Source: Octopus vulgaris (taxonomy: Eukaryota). Taken from it: DNA of 64,000 nt. Of the stretch, positions 51,591-64,000 are shown one piece after another. The first letter of the stretch is position 1. Every line of letters begins with the position of its first letter. Under the pieces are notes generated by a model. That model ran no database searches, was not told the DNA's origin, and saw only the letters and a list, made by a program, of their open reading frames with translations. Location of the stretch: assembly GCA_951406725.2 (NCBI GenBank), contig OX597815.1, forward strand, positions 134,912,001 to 134,976,000. Direction: 5' to 3'. The position numbers and the translations under genes are program-made.

Positions 51591-53384
51591 TATACATATA
51601 TATATATATATATATATATATGCTCATATAGTATCATATGAATACATAAATTCCCTTATACATACACACATTTATGTATAATTACAAAAATATACATGGA
51701 TAGCACATGTTAACATCTCACTGAAAGTCAATGGAAAAAAAACACAAGGACAGTTACTACAGAATCTAAGTCTACTATTGATTATAGATTTACATTAGTT
51801 TTGCTAATTTTTTGGTGTCATTCATCAGTTTCCATGTACTTGGAGAACAGCGAAACACTGAGCAAAAGACATATAACTCATTTACTGTAAATATTAATTA
51901 GTAAGCATGTAGTAAAAACAAGAATGTATAGTTTTAAGTTCAACATGTGACTTGGAAATATTATTGTGTCTAAATATATTCAGAAAGGAAAATTTTGTTT
52001 TTGTTATATAATGGTAACTCCTGACTTGGAGAAATTTCTAGAATGAAAATGAAAGACCATATACATATGTACACACACATATATATATATGTATATTTTT
52101 AGTTGCTCTTTCAAACAGATCAAGCAACTGTGTAGAGATTCCCTCATTAGCATGAAGTGTAAATATATGTAAATATATAATACATAAAGTATAAATATGT
52201 TCTTTGGGTGTTACAGAGAACTAAAAATGATGATGTATCTGGCAGCTTAAAGATGACCCAATGACATTTTAGACTGGGTTATCTTCACTTGAAGATAACC
52301 CAGTCACAAGATACCCACTTAAGATTGTAAACAATGAACATACAATAACAATGAAAGATATTAAAATGATAAAATAAAACAAACAAAACTATCCTTCAGC
52401 GTATTTAACATGACAGTTGATTTGTTCTTTGTCTGTATCATGATGTCTTACACAATATTTCGATGTATATTCAATAAAGTAAATTTAATTCTTTTTTACT
52501 TATATTTTAAGTGGTAAGGGAGGTTTCATTGTTATAAACTGTACTTATTATTGCCTAGATATCCTATTTTTTAAAATTTGTGTTAGATTTAAATCTCAGT
52601 CTGCTCACTGAGACAATTAGTTATAAAGATATAACATGGTGTATATTTATAGAAGGATCTGTAAAGTCACAGTTAATCATTTTCTATTATTATTTTTTTT
52701 TTTTTGCTGTTTTGTGTAAAGAAAAGAAAATCTGAATCCACATTGTGTTCTTTCATAATTCAAATTTGGTTTATTTTTGTTTCTTAAATAGAACTGGAAT
52801 GGTTCTTCAAATATTGTTAATGTAAATTTTTATTTATATGATTAAAAAATTTGTTTTTGCTATTTTGGCTATGAAAACAATCTAAATTTGAAATGATAAT
52901 CGTCGGTGAGAGTAGAGAGAGAGAGAAAGAGAGAGAGATGCAATTAGTTGTTAAAAAGTTGATCTAACTCACACAATTTTTGATGTATAGAGAATGATTG
53001 TGTGGTGCTATATTTATGGAAAAGGACAAATATTTTGTGGAAGTAAATGCTTTATGCCGTAAATTAGGAGAGTAAGGTAATAATCAATCAATAATAAGTG
53101 TAAGTTCTGTTAGCTTGGAGTGTTGGACTCAAATCCACTCATGAGAACAACTGGTAAATACTCCATTGCGATAAGGACATGTTTCCCCAAAGCATTACAC
53201 TGTGTATGCTGGGGAAAAAACTGCAACCTACTTTACCTGCTATGCAGCATACCTTGTTAGGGGGGCAGATTACACAAACAGTTTTGTGGTAAAATATCAC
53301 CCCTCAATTTTTTAATACTGCAGATGGCCTTGGTTTGGCTTTCTGGTAGTTACGACAATAAATGTTACAGTTAATTCAATCAAT

Positions 53385-53645
53385 CCAGCCTGCTCCTGGA
53401 ATTGATGTGCAAGTGGCTGAGCACTCCACAGATACATGTACCTTAACATAGTTTTCAGGGAGATTCAGTGTGACACAAGATGTGACAAGGTTGGCTCTTT
53501 GAAATGTATGTATAACTTACTTTTGCCAGCTGAGTGGACTAAAGCAATGTGAAATAAAGTGTCTTGCTCAAGGACACAAGACATTGCTGGGAATTGCACT
53601 CACAACCTTATGATTGCAAGCCAAATACCCTAACCATTAAGGTAT
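53385..53645 (-). mobile_element. CORE-like tRNA-derived SINE
   Basis: rc GTGTCCTTGAGCAAGACACTTTATTTCACATTGCTTTAGTCCACTCAGCTGGCAAAAG behind a tRNA-like head. Confidence 0.75.
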
Positions 53646-53939
53646 TTGCCTTCACCATACTGCAGTTACCTCTCACTATACCCACCACTACTCCAAATTA
53701 ACTGTTATATTAATAGTAGTAAGGCTGATGATATTGTATGTATTTTTATAAGTGATGTATTGCAGAACAAGCGGAGTGCAAAACAAAATAACTTGCAGCA
53801 TTTAGTTATATCCATTTCAAATTTTGCCAGAATCTATTTTGCATGTCATCTTTCAAGGCTTGACACTTTATCTGTCAAGTACTGGAATTTTAAATTTGTC
53901 TATTTTTGACCTTGTGACATTGTTAGAAATAATTTTTAT

Positions 53940-54360
53940 GGCAGTGGAATGGCAGTACTGTTAGAACATTTTCACAAAATGCTTTGTAGTATTTGTTCCA
54001 TCTCTTTATGTTTCAAGTTCATTTCCCACCAAGGTCACCTTTACCTTTCATTCATCTGGAGTTGATAAAATAGAGAACCACTCAAGTACTGGGGCCAACA
54101 GTATCGACTTAACTCCTCCCATTAAAACTGTGGCCTTGTACTAAATTAGAATCCATTATTTAGAGTGTTGAATTGGTAGATTAGAGCATTGGAAAAAAAA
54201 ATGGCTCTTTATGTTCTGAGTTCAAATTCCACTGAAACCAACTTGCTTCTCATCCTTTCAAGAGTGATAAAATAAAGTACCAGTCAAATACTGGGGTCAA
54301 TGGTATTCACTAACCCCTCCCTTCAAATTTGCTGGCCTTGTGTCTAAATCAGAAACTGTT
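53940..54360 (+). mobile_element. Two tandem diverged SINE family B copies
   Basis: Two CTTTCATT/CTCATCC...GATAAAATA..ACCA..AA.TACTGGGG blocks. Confidence 0.65.
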
Positions 54361-56611
54361 ATTATTGTTATTGTTGTTGCTGTCATTAATTCTTCCCTTC
54401 AACTGTAGTAGCCAAGCAGCATGGAATAAGAACTTATTCTTTAAAAATTTTGCAGTTGGAAATAGAAGAAGACATCAACTATTACACAACTTGTTGTGCA
54501 AAACTAAAGAATATTCTTAAAACAACTACAGAGTTTCAGCAGGACAATTGCTTTGCACTTTAGTAATCAGCAAAAAGCAAGAAAGTAGAGTAGATGATGA
54601 GAAAGAAATTTGCTGTACTCTTGTTATGATGGACTTTTCTCTTAAGGGATAACAATAGAATATCTGGCACTCAGTTTCTGTAGATATAGTGATGGCAGAT
54701 AAAATTATATGTCACATACAGAGATATAATGAAACATAACTGAAATGAATTCAAGACCTATGAGCTTATTGGTAATCTGTTACTTTTGCACATATGTGGG
54801 ACTGAAAATTTCCTGTAGTTCTTAAAGGGCAATTAGGAAAATTATTGATCGGTTTATCGTTAATGTAGATCATCAAAGAAAAATAAGTCTAAAAGAGCTT
54901 AACCCACTTCAGGCTATTGACTACAAATGGAAATTGCAAATACAGAACATTAATTGAAATGAAAATGAACTAATTCAGGAACTGCTCCCATGTTGCAACC
55001 TTCATTTCCTGTGGAGCCTGTCATCATTGTATGGTACTGTATAAAAATATTTAAAGATTTTGTATTCAAAATTAAAATTTAAATGCATAATGGTTTCCCT
55101 CAGTGTATGGGAAGATAAATTGTAGATACCAAATGCCCAGTGAAAATAAAAATATAGATTTGAATTTAGATCTACTTTGAGGATTAAACTAGAGACTGAA
55201 TCAATAACACATTTTTTATATAAAATGTAAATGCAGACAAAGAGAATTCTGAAAGTAAATATCATTACTCATAACTGGATTTGTTTAACCAAATAGTTAT
55301 TGTTTGTTTTTTTTTGTATGATTATATTTTGTATGATTATTTTTTTTTTTTTGTATGATTATATTGGTTGAACTATAAAATAAGTTGTAAAATTGTGTGA
55401 TATTTATGCCTTCACAAAAGTAGATGCAATATAACTGAAATGAAAATGACAATAGCCACAAAATGATGCTAAATTGAGGAATTGAATTGGTAGAGCTTGA
55501 GCTTATCTCTGTAGTACTCAACTAGATGCTTCATTTGAGAGAGAGCACAAAACCAATATCTGCAACAAAAAGGATCAGGTTGATTGAACTGATTACAATG
55601 TATTATTAGTACTTATTGTATTGACACCAGAAAGCAAATTTTTTTTTTTCAGCAAAATATGAACTAGAAATGTTGAGGGATGAAACCCAATTTTGCACAT
55701 GACTGCAAAAAGACTAGAGATGGAAGGCAAAGCCTTTTGTGATTGAAACCTAGAACAAACATGGTCTAAATATTATGGGGGATTTTGTCAGAGGTATACA
55801 ACTTTTACAAATGAAATATTTCAAATTCAAAGCCTTTTCTTCTTATCTAGAACCTCTTTGAATTCGATTTGAAGAATAGTTTCAATTGAAAAATCAAGTT
55901 TTTCTAGGACTGTTAAGAACTACGGGCAGGTGTGATGCATGACATGATTGCTGTATTTCAATTTTTGCACCAGTGAAAAGAAATGATTTTAATACCACTC
56001 GAACAAAAAATGCAGCTTAATATTTAAAATGGCGAAAGAAAAAATTCTTTATCAGTCATGCATGATTTATCATAATCTACTGTATATACACTAATTTTTT
56101 ACATACTTTGTATCAGATTTAGAGCTGAGACAGAAATGAGATTTTGTGTCAATCATGACTTTTCAAAGATATTAACTACATAAGTCAAGCAAGCTAAAGG
56201 AAATCATAAGAAACAAAAATTGATTTACAGGTTGACATCTTCACTATTACCATATGTATGTTCTTGCTCTACATTTTGTTGAATTCAAAGGAAAGTTGTC
56301 CATGGTAATATTTAAAAACCACAATAGTAAGGAATGTAATCCTAACTCCTAACATATCTTCACTATTTTTTGTCCCCAACCATGAAGTAACAATTATAAA
56401 AATGATGAAGAAGAGAAACCCCACAAATTATATGGAAGAGGTAATGTTTATTGGAGTGTCCTCACTGCATGGCAGATCTTCATTTTACTGACCCCAGAAG
56501 GATTAAATGTATTGTTGACTCTTGACAGAAAGGCAGCAAAACAATATTAGGTATTTAATGTGATGCTGCCCTCACACTACCACTAACAATAACAACAACA
56601 ATAACAATTAT

Positions 56612-57061
56612 CCTATCTACTGTAGGCACGAGATCTGAAATTTGGAGGAGGGGGATAGTCAATTACATCAACCCCAATACTCAACTGGTACTTATTTTAT
56701 CAACCCTGAAAGGATGAAAGGCAAAGTCAACCTAGGCAGAATTTGAACTCAGAATGTGAAGACAGACAAAATACCACCAAGCATTTTGCCTGATGTGCTA
56801 ATGATGCTGCCAGCTTGCTACCTTAGTAATAATACTAATAATAATAGTCCTTTCTACCACAGGCACAAGGCCTGATTTTTTTTGTGTGTGTAGGGGGTTA
56901 GTCGATCACATCAACCCCAGGACTTAACTGGCACTTATTTTATTGACCCCAAATGGCAAAGTCGACCTCAGCAAAATTTGAACTCAGATCATGAAAATGA
57001 ACGAAATACTGCCAAGCATTTTGCCTGATGTGCTAATGATTTTGCCTGCTGACTTACCTTA

Positions 57062-57062
<1 letters not shown>
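56612..57062 (-). mobile_element. Two tandem SINE family B copies in (TAA)n
   Basis: Two AACTGG.ACTTATTTTAT..ACCC...GGCAAAGTC.ACCT...ATTTGAACTCAGA blocks. Confidence 0.8.
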
Positions 57063-57094
<32 letters not shown>

Positions 57095-57095
<1 letters not shown>

Positions 57096-57595
57096 AAATT
57101 AAAGGAAGAAGAGAACACAAGCTGGATATCCAGATCAATTAGAAGAAACTATGTATTGTAATTGAGGTAGTAGACCCGTTAGACATCAGAGTAAAATGAA
57201 AGGAGAAAGAAAAGGATAGTATTCTATAGACTTGAATGATGAAATCCTGAAGTGCAGTAACAGAGAAGCTTACAAGGTCATGATCCTGCCAATTATATTT
57301 TGGACTTTGAGAATAGTGACTATGAATTTGAGAGAAAACCTTGGAAAACATGTTCTTAGTCTGGGAGTGGATGTAATGCAGAAAATATGCCTAATAAGTT
57401 CTGCGAGAATTATCTGGAAAGTCTTCAATACAAAGTAAGAACATGTATGAAGAGCAGAAAAAAACTTTTATATAGCAGATACGGAATACTCTTAGACTGC
57501 AAGGTATGACTTGAGAGAAAGCATAATTAAACTGGACACAACACCAAGACTTGAGAAGCTACAGAATAATAATGATGATAATGAAAATAATAATA
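57095..57595 (+). mobile_element. R4/Dong LINE 3' end (restriction-like endonuclease C-terminus)
   Basis: IEVVDPLDIRVK*KEKEKD...DEILK..KVMILPIIFWTLRIV...MQKICLISSARIIWKVF; bracketed by (TAA)n, the known Dong target repeat. Confidence 0.75.
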
Positions 57596-59712
57596 AACTT
57601 TTCTTTATTATTGTCTCAAAAGTAACGAGGTAGGGATATCATAGGGAATAGGAACAGTTTGTAAAACATGGAAATCAAATAAAATGAAGAACATACACAA
57701 ATAGAAACTAGCAATGAGGATGATCACCAACTAGAACCAATAAAAGACCCAGAAGCCTGCAGCCTCAGCTTTATCTTAACTATCAAATGCAAATTCTGTC
57801 ACCCACCTGTATTCTTCAACTTACAGCTGCTAGCTGAAAGTGAGCCAATTCCCTCAAGTCATGCTTATCATTCCCACCTACCTTTCAACACAGTTTCTTA
57901 TGCATGTGCAGTAATTTCAGATTTATATAGGCAAGAACATTTGATTGCATGACATCCATGCCTTTCTCCAAAAATATGAACTAATATAAGTAAACCGAAG
58001 GGAGGTGAAATGTTAATGAAATACCTACAATTGAGAATTGAATTTCTGTTTGAAGATGTTATTTATTTAGAGTTTAGACTGACACTCCACAAAGCTAAAT
58101 GGCTATGGCCAAGAATTGGGCTTGTGTTTGCAGATTAAAACCCGAGTATTTCTACACAAAGGCATTGACCACAGATGTAACATGCATTAAAATTTGAGTA
58201 ATAATTAATGAAAATATGTCATTTAAGTAAATTTGGTTTAAAAGATGATAAGAAGAAGAGTAAGATTCTTTTAAAGAATTTAGTGAAATGATAATGGTTT
58301 ACAATAAAGACATTTGCTACTCTAATGTATTATAAGAAGATAAAGATTTTTACTAGTGTCTGCTGGTTTGTTGAATAATTCTTCTCTAACATGTTCTTGC
58401 CACAGACACACAAATAGCTATACATTCATAAAAACATGAAACTTTTATCCATCTCTCTTTCTCTTTATCTATCTATCCACTCATATACATATACATATTA
58501 GTTATATGAGGATACATATATGCACACAAAGTACAGATCCAATTAACATATTTCACATACAGACTCAGTGATACACATAGAAAACATACACATAAGCACA
58601 GCTGAAAATACTTAAACAGACACATATGAATGAAACAGAACCAACGAATAGAAAGATACACATATTCATAAACATGAGAAAGCATATATGCACACATGTG
58701 CCTCTTTACCCATACAGCATAAGATGTACTCACAAGATTATATGGGAATATTTTTGAGAATTTTAGGTTATTTGAATTTCATATAAATCTTGATAAAAAT
58801 GCTTAGCATGAAACTTTCTGTGCCTTCTCCTTCATTCCTTCTCCCTACCATAATATTTACCTTCAAATTAGGGGCAGTTTCATGAAAATCAACTCTACAG
58901 TATTATATCATCTCTTACACCATCATCATTATCATCATCAATTGAGCAATCAATATAATCACCACCACAACTGTTGATGTTGTCACAATCACCAGTATTG
59001 TTATTTTTATTATCTTCATCATCACACATTTATATAATCATCATACCCATCGTTGTTATTGCCATTATCACAATTAACCTCTCAACTGCCATTGTCATCA
59101 AGACCCTACTATGGCTGTTGTCATCATCAGGACCTTTTCATTACTGCTAATGATGAGCATTCCCCTTCATAAAGCCATCCTAAATACCTTCATCATCTTC
59201 ACTGTCATGTCTTTTCATAAAACCATTATTTTAATCAGTAGCATCACTTTTATTATCTGCAACTCTATTGGTTATATCCTTGTACATATCTACAGTCATT
59301 TTCCATCTTACCCTCAAAATTGGTCATTATCATCATCAACAAGACTAGACCTTTCAAATCATGATTATACCATAATCATCACCATCCACATCAACAAAAA
59401 GAATATCATTCTTATGTCAACCAGCCATATTGTTACTATAAAATAACCAGCATCAATATCAACATTGTTATCATTACATTTATGCCTTCCTCATCAGCGC
59501 TTTAATACACACATGCATTCATTCATTCATGTATGTATACATATGCACACATACCTACTCATTTACACGCACACTCATATATAAAATATGCAAATGTGCC
59601 TTGCTTCTTTTGAATCCTATAACTAAGTCATATATATATATATACTTACATACATAATAACTCTTATGGACGGATACTGGGAAGTCTCTCTCTCCACACA
59701 TACAATGCCTGA

Positions 59713-59755
<43 letters not shown>

Positions 59756-60339
59756 ACACACACACATCACACATGTTTTTATGTTTTTCTGCAATTATAC
59801 ACTTTTCTAATCAGTTATGTCTTTTCTTTGTCATATATTCTCACATTTGTTTCAACAAATTTGGTTGCTATATCTAGTAGGTTGTGCATCAATGTAAAGA
59901 TTCTCTTTGGTTGTTTTACCTCATCAAGCAAACCTATGATCAAAGGCATTCCAGGTGTGACCAGCCCATCTTTTAGCATGCACGCACACATGCACACACA
60001 CACAAATTACATTATTCTCTTGTCATTTCATTTTTTTTATAAGATAGTAATATGTTTTAATATTTGTGCTCATTATTTATTCATATGATGTGTATATTTG
60101 TTTGCGTGTGAACATGGTTCTGTATGCATGTTTAGATGTGCATTTTTCTTTAGCCATGTGGTGTGTAGATGTGTGTCTGTGTGTCTGTGTGTGTGGGGGG
60201 GGGGGGGCTGTAGAAGTATATTTTTCTTCTCTTCTTTTAATACTAGCTACGAAAACAGGTTAATAACAAGCTGACATCAGCTCTCTAATGCTTGTAGACC
60301 TGTTATTAGGCTAGTAATCCACATACCCTCCTGTCAGTA

Positions 60340-60847
60340 TGTCTATATTTTAGATTTGTTTATAGGAAATGTTTCGAACATACAAAAGCTCCTGTTCTAT
60401 TATGTCAGTCACTTTCTAATGATGCTGACTGGTGAACCAGTTTTTTCGAGGTTGCATCAAGCTTTACTGATATAATGTAGGATAAATATAATAGCAATAA
60501 TCCTCGGATGGAATTTATGAGCATTTAATGCATCACTGTGCACATTTCCATAAATTACATGTCCCTTAAGATCTCAACCCTATTCCTGGGATGATTACAG
60601 AGCAGTCATTACCATCCTTGGGCATCAGGTTGATCATCTTTATGGATTCATTTCTTCAGGTGATACAACATTAATGGATGTACAACAGAGGGATGTTTAT
60701 CCATTTTTACCAGTCTGAAGGTTAAGCATGCAATCCTAAAAATCTGGTTCACCAGTCAGCATTATTAAACTGTGGCTGGCATAATAGAATAGGAGCTTTA
60801 TTTGTATATTCAAAACGTTTCCCATAAACAAATTTAAAAGATACATA
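60340..60847. mobile_element. MITE/foldback element with ~105-120-bp imperfect terminal inverted repeats
   Basis: 60354-60457 matches the reverse complement of 60728-60833 (shared AAAGCTCCT.TTCTATTATG.CAG.CAC and ATGCTGACTGGTGAACCAG). Confidence 0.8.
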
Positions 60848-60851
60848 TTAG

Positions 60852-61012
60852 GCACAGGTGTGGCTGTGTAGTAAGAAGCTTGCTTCCTAACCACATGGCT
60901 CCAGGTTCAATACCACTGCATGGCACCTTGGACAAGTGTCTTCTACTATAGCCTCGGGACAACCAAAGCCTTGTGAGTGGATTTGGTAGACAAAAACTGA
61001 AAGAAGCCTGTT

Positions 61013-61104
<92 letters not shown>

Positions 61105-61311
61105 TTATGTTTGTGTGTGTCACCCCTCCCCCATTGCTTGACAACTGATGTTGGTGTGTTTACATTCCTGTAACTTAGTGGTTCAACAAAATAAACTGAT
61201 AGAATAAGTACTAGGCTTACAAAGAACAAGCCCTGGGCTCGATTTCTTTGACTAAAGGCAGTGCTCCAGCATGGCCACAGTCAAATGACTGAAATATGTA
61301 AAAGAGTAAAA

Positions 61312-61312
<1 letters not shown>
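60852..61312 (+). mobile_element. SINE family A, full length
   Basis: Head GGCACAGGTGTGGCTGTGTAGTAAGAAGC...AGGTTCAATACC, internal (CA)n(TA)n(TG)n, tail GGCAGTGCTCCAGCATGGCCACAGTCAAATGACTGAAA. Confidence 0.9.
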
Positions 61313-61361
<49 letters not shown>

Positions 61362-62188
61362 TTGTATTTACTTGTTAAAATTAAAAGAATATAACATTCA
61401 CCTGAAGAAGCACACAATATTATTTTGTAGAGCACATGCATATTTATTGTACTTTTACAGGGTGCACAGCAGAGATTTCAGAGTTTTAACCTCCTGAAGA
61501 CTAGTAAGCTGAAACTTCGAAGTCAATGTCACTCCATTTCTTGTTAAAATATAATGCATGTGTATGCATGTAGGTGTGTATGTATGTATGTATTATGTGT
61601 GCATGTGTATGTGTGTGTGTTCTCTTGCAAGTTTCTGTTATTATATCACTTTTCTTAACTGACATCATATTCCACCAAACATTTGCTTTGAGGGAAATTT
61701 TGCTATGATTTCTAGCAGGTTGAGAAACTACATAGATGCCCCTTTGTTTGATTGTTTTTAAGCTACAGGTCTTTTCTGATCAAGCAGAACACCACTCTTT
61801 ACCCTGTCGCTCTTCTACACTCCCACCTTATATTTTTGTTGCACCTGCCTCTCAGTTTCAATGTTTGGAGATAAAAATGTAAGTGCAAATGCAAATAATG
61901 TATATTTATATACATGGATGATTATATAAAGACCTTTACTAAAATCATGTATTGGTATTCAATGTACATTATATTTTACCTGTTATGGTAAAATGTAATG
62001 GACATCATATCATCTTAAACAGTGTTTACATTAAGTCTGTCTACTTTGATTGCAGATTTTACTATGTAAATTCTGAAATGTAATGAAAATAAGGCTGCAC
62101 TGTATGTAACGAAGAAAAGGAAATTAATGTGTGTTTCATAATAAAAGCATTATAGTACTGTTTCACTTTCAGAAAATTTGAAATGCTG

Positions 62189-62238
<50 letters not shown>

Positions 62239-62859
62239 TCAACTCTCTCACAGATTTCTTCATGATCTCAGGTGAAAGAGGAGGAGATAAGGAAACAAAA
62301 GAATGTGACAGGTTGTCTATTAGTAATAAAGACAAGGAAAGTGACAAGTAGGATCAAGCATGACAGTGCAGGTGCGCATACGTATGCAAGTGAATAACAT
62401 AGGTTTTATGCTTTTCAATACATGAGATACAGGCAGTCTTCTCACACTTTCTTTTAGAGAGAGATGATGTATATAAACTGAATAAATTTATAGAGATATT
62501 GTCGGCTGCTTTTCATGACTGAGAATTTCAATTCCCTTCTGATCAAGTAGTTTTTCTGTGTTGATTGCATTGATGACTGAGAAGGCCAATCATTGTGTAA
62601 AACAGATGAGAACAAGATGGCAAAGAAGAGAAGAGGGAGAACGTTGTTGTTGCATCTTGCATTCTTTACATTGTTCTAAAACTTTTGTTTTCCTGTGGAG
62701 TGATACCAGTTGAAATAAATAGTTCTAGGTTTCATTTTCCCATGTCTTAATTCCTGTTATCCTGGTTGATCTTAACTGTTCCTTGTAATGACAGGAAGGA
62801 TATCTTTAAGGTCTTTTCCTGGTGGTTAAGTCAATGAAGATGAGGAAATCCCACTTCTC

Positions 62860-63250
62860 CCATTTGAACCACATGTCAGTGGCATACCTAGAAGGCTCCC
62901 TGGAGTAGCCCTTGAGTTCCTACCCCCTCTTCCCTGGGCCCCCACACTATATATGCTTATACAGAAAACCCCAAATTGCTACTTCCATAAAAGTGTCACC
63001 TGGGATGCATTACCCACTTGCTCAAGCTATGCTACTGATATATGTCCTAACCATCAAGGCTGGGGTTTTGCCTGCAATGGTTGGACAATGGTTGCTTCTA
63101 TGCTTCAGTTGTTGGCTTTTTTTAGCACAGCATTGCTGGTGATGTAGTCCTCCCATTTGATGTTTAAGATGGAGAAAAGTTCTTGTTGATGGAATACTAC
63201 AGATTTTTGCTGTCCTGACAAAGTGTCTGTTTCATTACTGTATATAAAAG
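62860..63250 (-). mobile_element. Degenerate RTE LINE 3' fragment
   Basis: VFHQQELFSILNIKWEDYITSNAVLKKAN..SIEATI...WLGHI. Confidence 0.65.
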
Positions 63251-63344
63251 TGGAGATGACAACAGCTTGAGAGCCCATCAGTTTCATTAGAGATACACAT
63301 ACATGCATACTAATATACCCCCCTCCACACATACCTGTATACCT

Positions 63345-63602
63345 GGGGTCTTAAGTCACAAACCTACAGGTCCATGAGGTGAAAGCTTTTCCAGGTTTCT
63401 ATGGTAACAGAGACCATAATACAACCCCTTGAATGGGCTATCAGTAAGTCACAGGTTTAATCCCCAGTTGTTGCTGGAACTTAATCTCAGCTGAGGGGAC
63501 CAGAACAATGTGAAATGAAGTATTTACGCTGAAACACAATGCACAACCTGATCTTAGATTTGAAATAAATACCTTTTGATCATGAGCTCAATACGCTAAC
63601 AA
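63345..63602 (-). mobile_element. Diverged CORE-like SINE
   Basis: CAGCTGAGGGGACCAGAACAATGTGAAATGAAGTATTT resembles 53528-53570. Confidence 0.55.
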
Positions 63603-64000
63603 TAAAACAAACGTGCACACACATACACATGTAAAGGTTGACAATAACTATAGTTTCGCTGTGCTTGCTTTGTCAATCTGATGAAGCTGGTATGTGACGA
63701 AACTTTGCAGTCACTGTCAATCGTTTCCTTGTAAAAGTAAGTTAGATATTCTACTTAAATGCATCAACTGACCCTTCAGTTGATGGTCTAGTATGTTTAT
63801 ATTTGATTTGATCATATACAAATTGAAAAACACAAAACATATCACTATATCCATAGATATGGATGTGTGTGTATGTATGTATATATATATGTATGTATGA
63901 GTGTGTGTGTGTGTGTATATATATATATGTATGAGTGTGTGTGTGTGTATATATATATATAACACAAATGTCATGGTTTTGTACTCCATACTGGCCAAAA

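Noticed and set aside
61257-61300. SINE/LINE tails (stem-loop plus GAAAC..GTA) as hammerheads
   Set aside because: No upstream CUGANGA and no stem I; better explained as the LINE 3' recognition stem-loop.

Overview
AT-rich, repeat-dominated eukaryotic (animal) genomic DNA. Its SINE, LINE and microsatellite content looks like an octopus genome; this is an inference from recognisable repeat families and was not checked by any search. No intact host protein-coding gene can be supported, and most ORF-track entries are microsatellite artefacts. The window holds decayed transposons: R4/Dong, CR1-group and RTE LINEs, Penelope-like elements (PLE) with GIY-YIG endonuclease, several Tc1/mariner relics, a Helitron helicase fragment, MITEs and at least three tRNA-derived SINE families. 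It also holds one tRNA-Arg(ACG) gene or pseudogene. The most notable signal is a set of minimal type I hammerhead ribozyme (HHR) motifs (CUGANGA...GAAAC...GUH) with unusually long stem II insertions. One sits behind a Penelope endonuclease fragment, one pair forms a 533-nt tandem (retrozyme-like) unit, one pair lies in a ~300-bp inverted repeat, and several more are degenerate. All structures were folded by eye, and boundaries of old elements are approximate.
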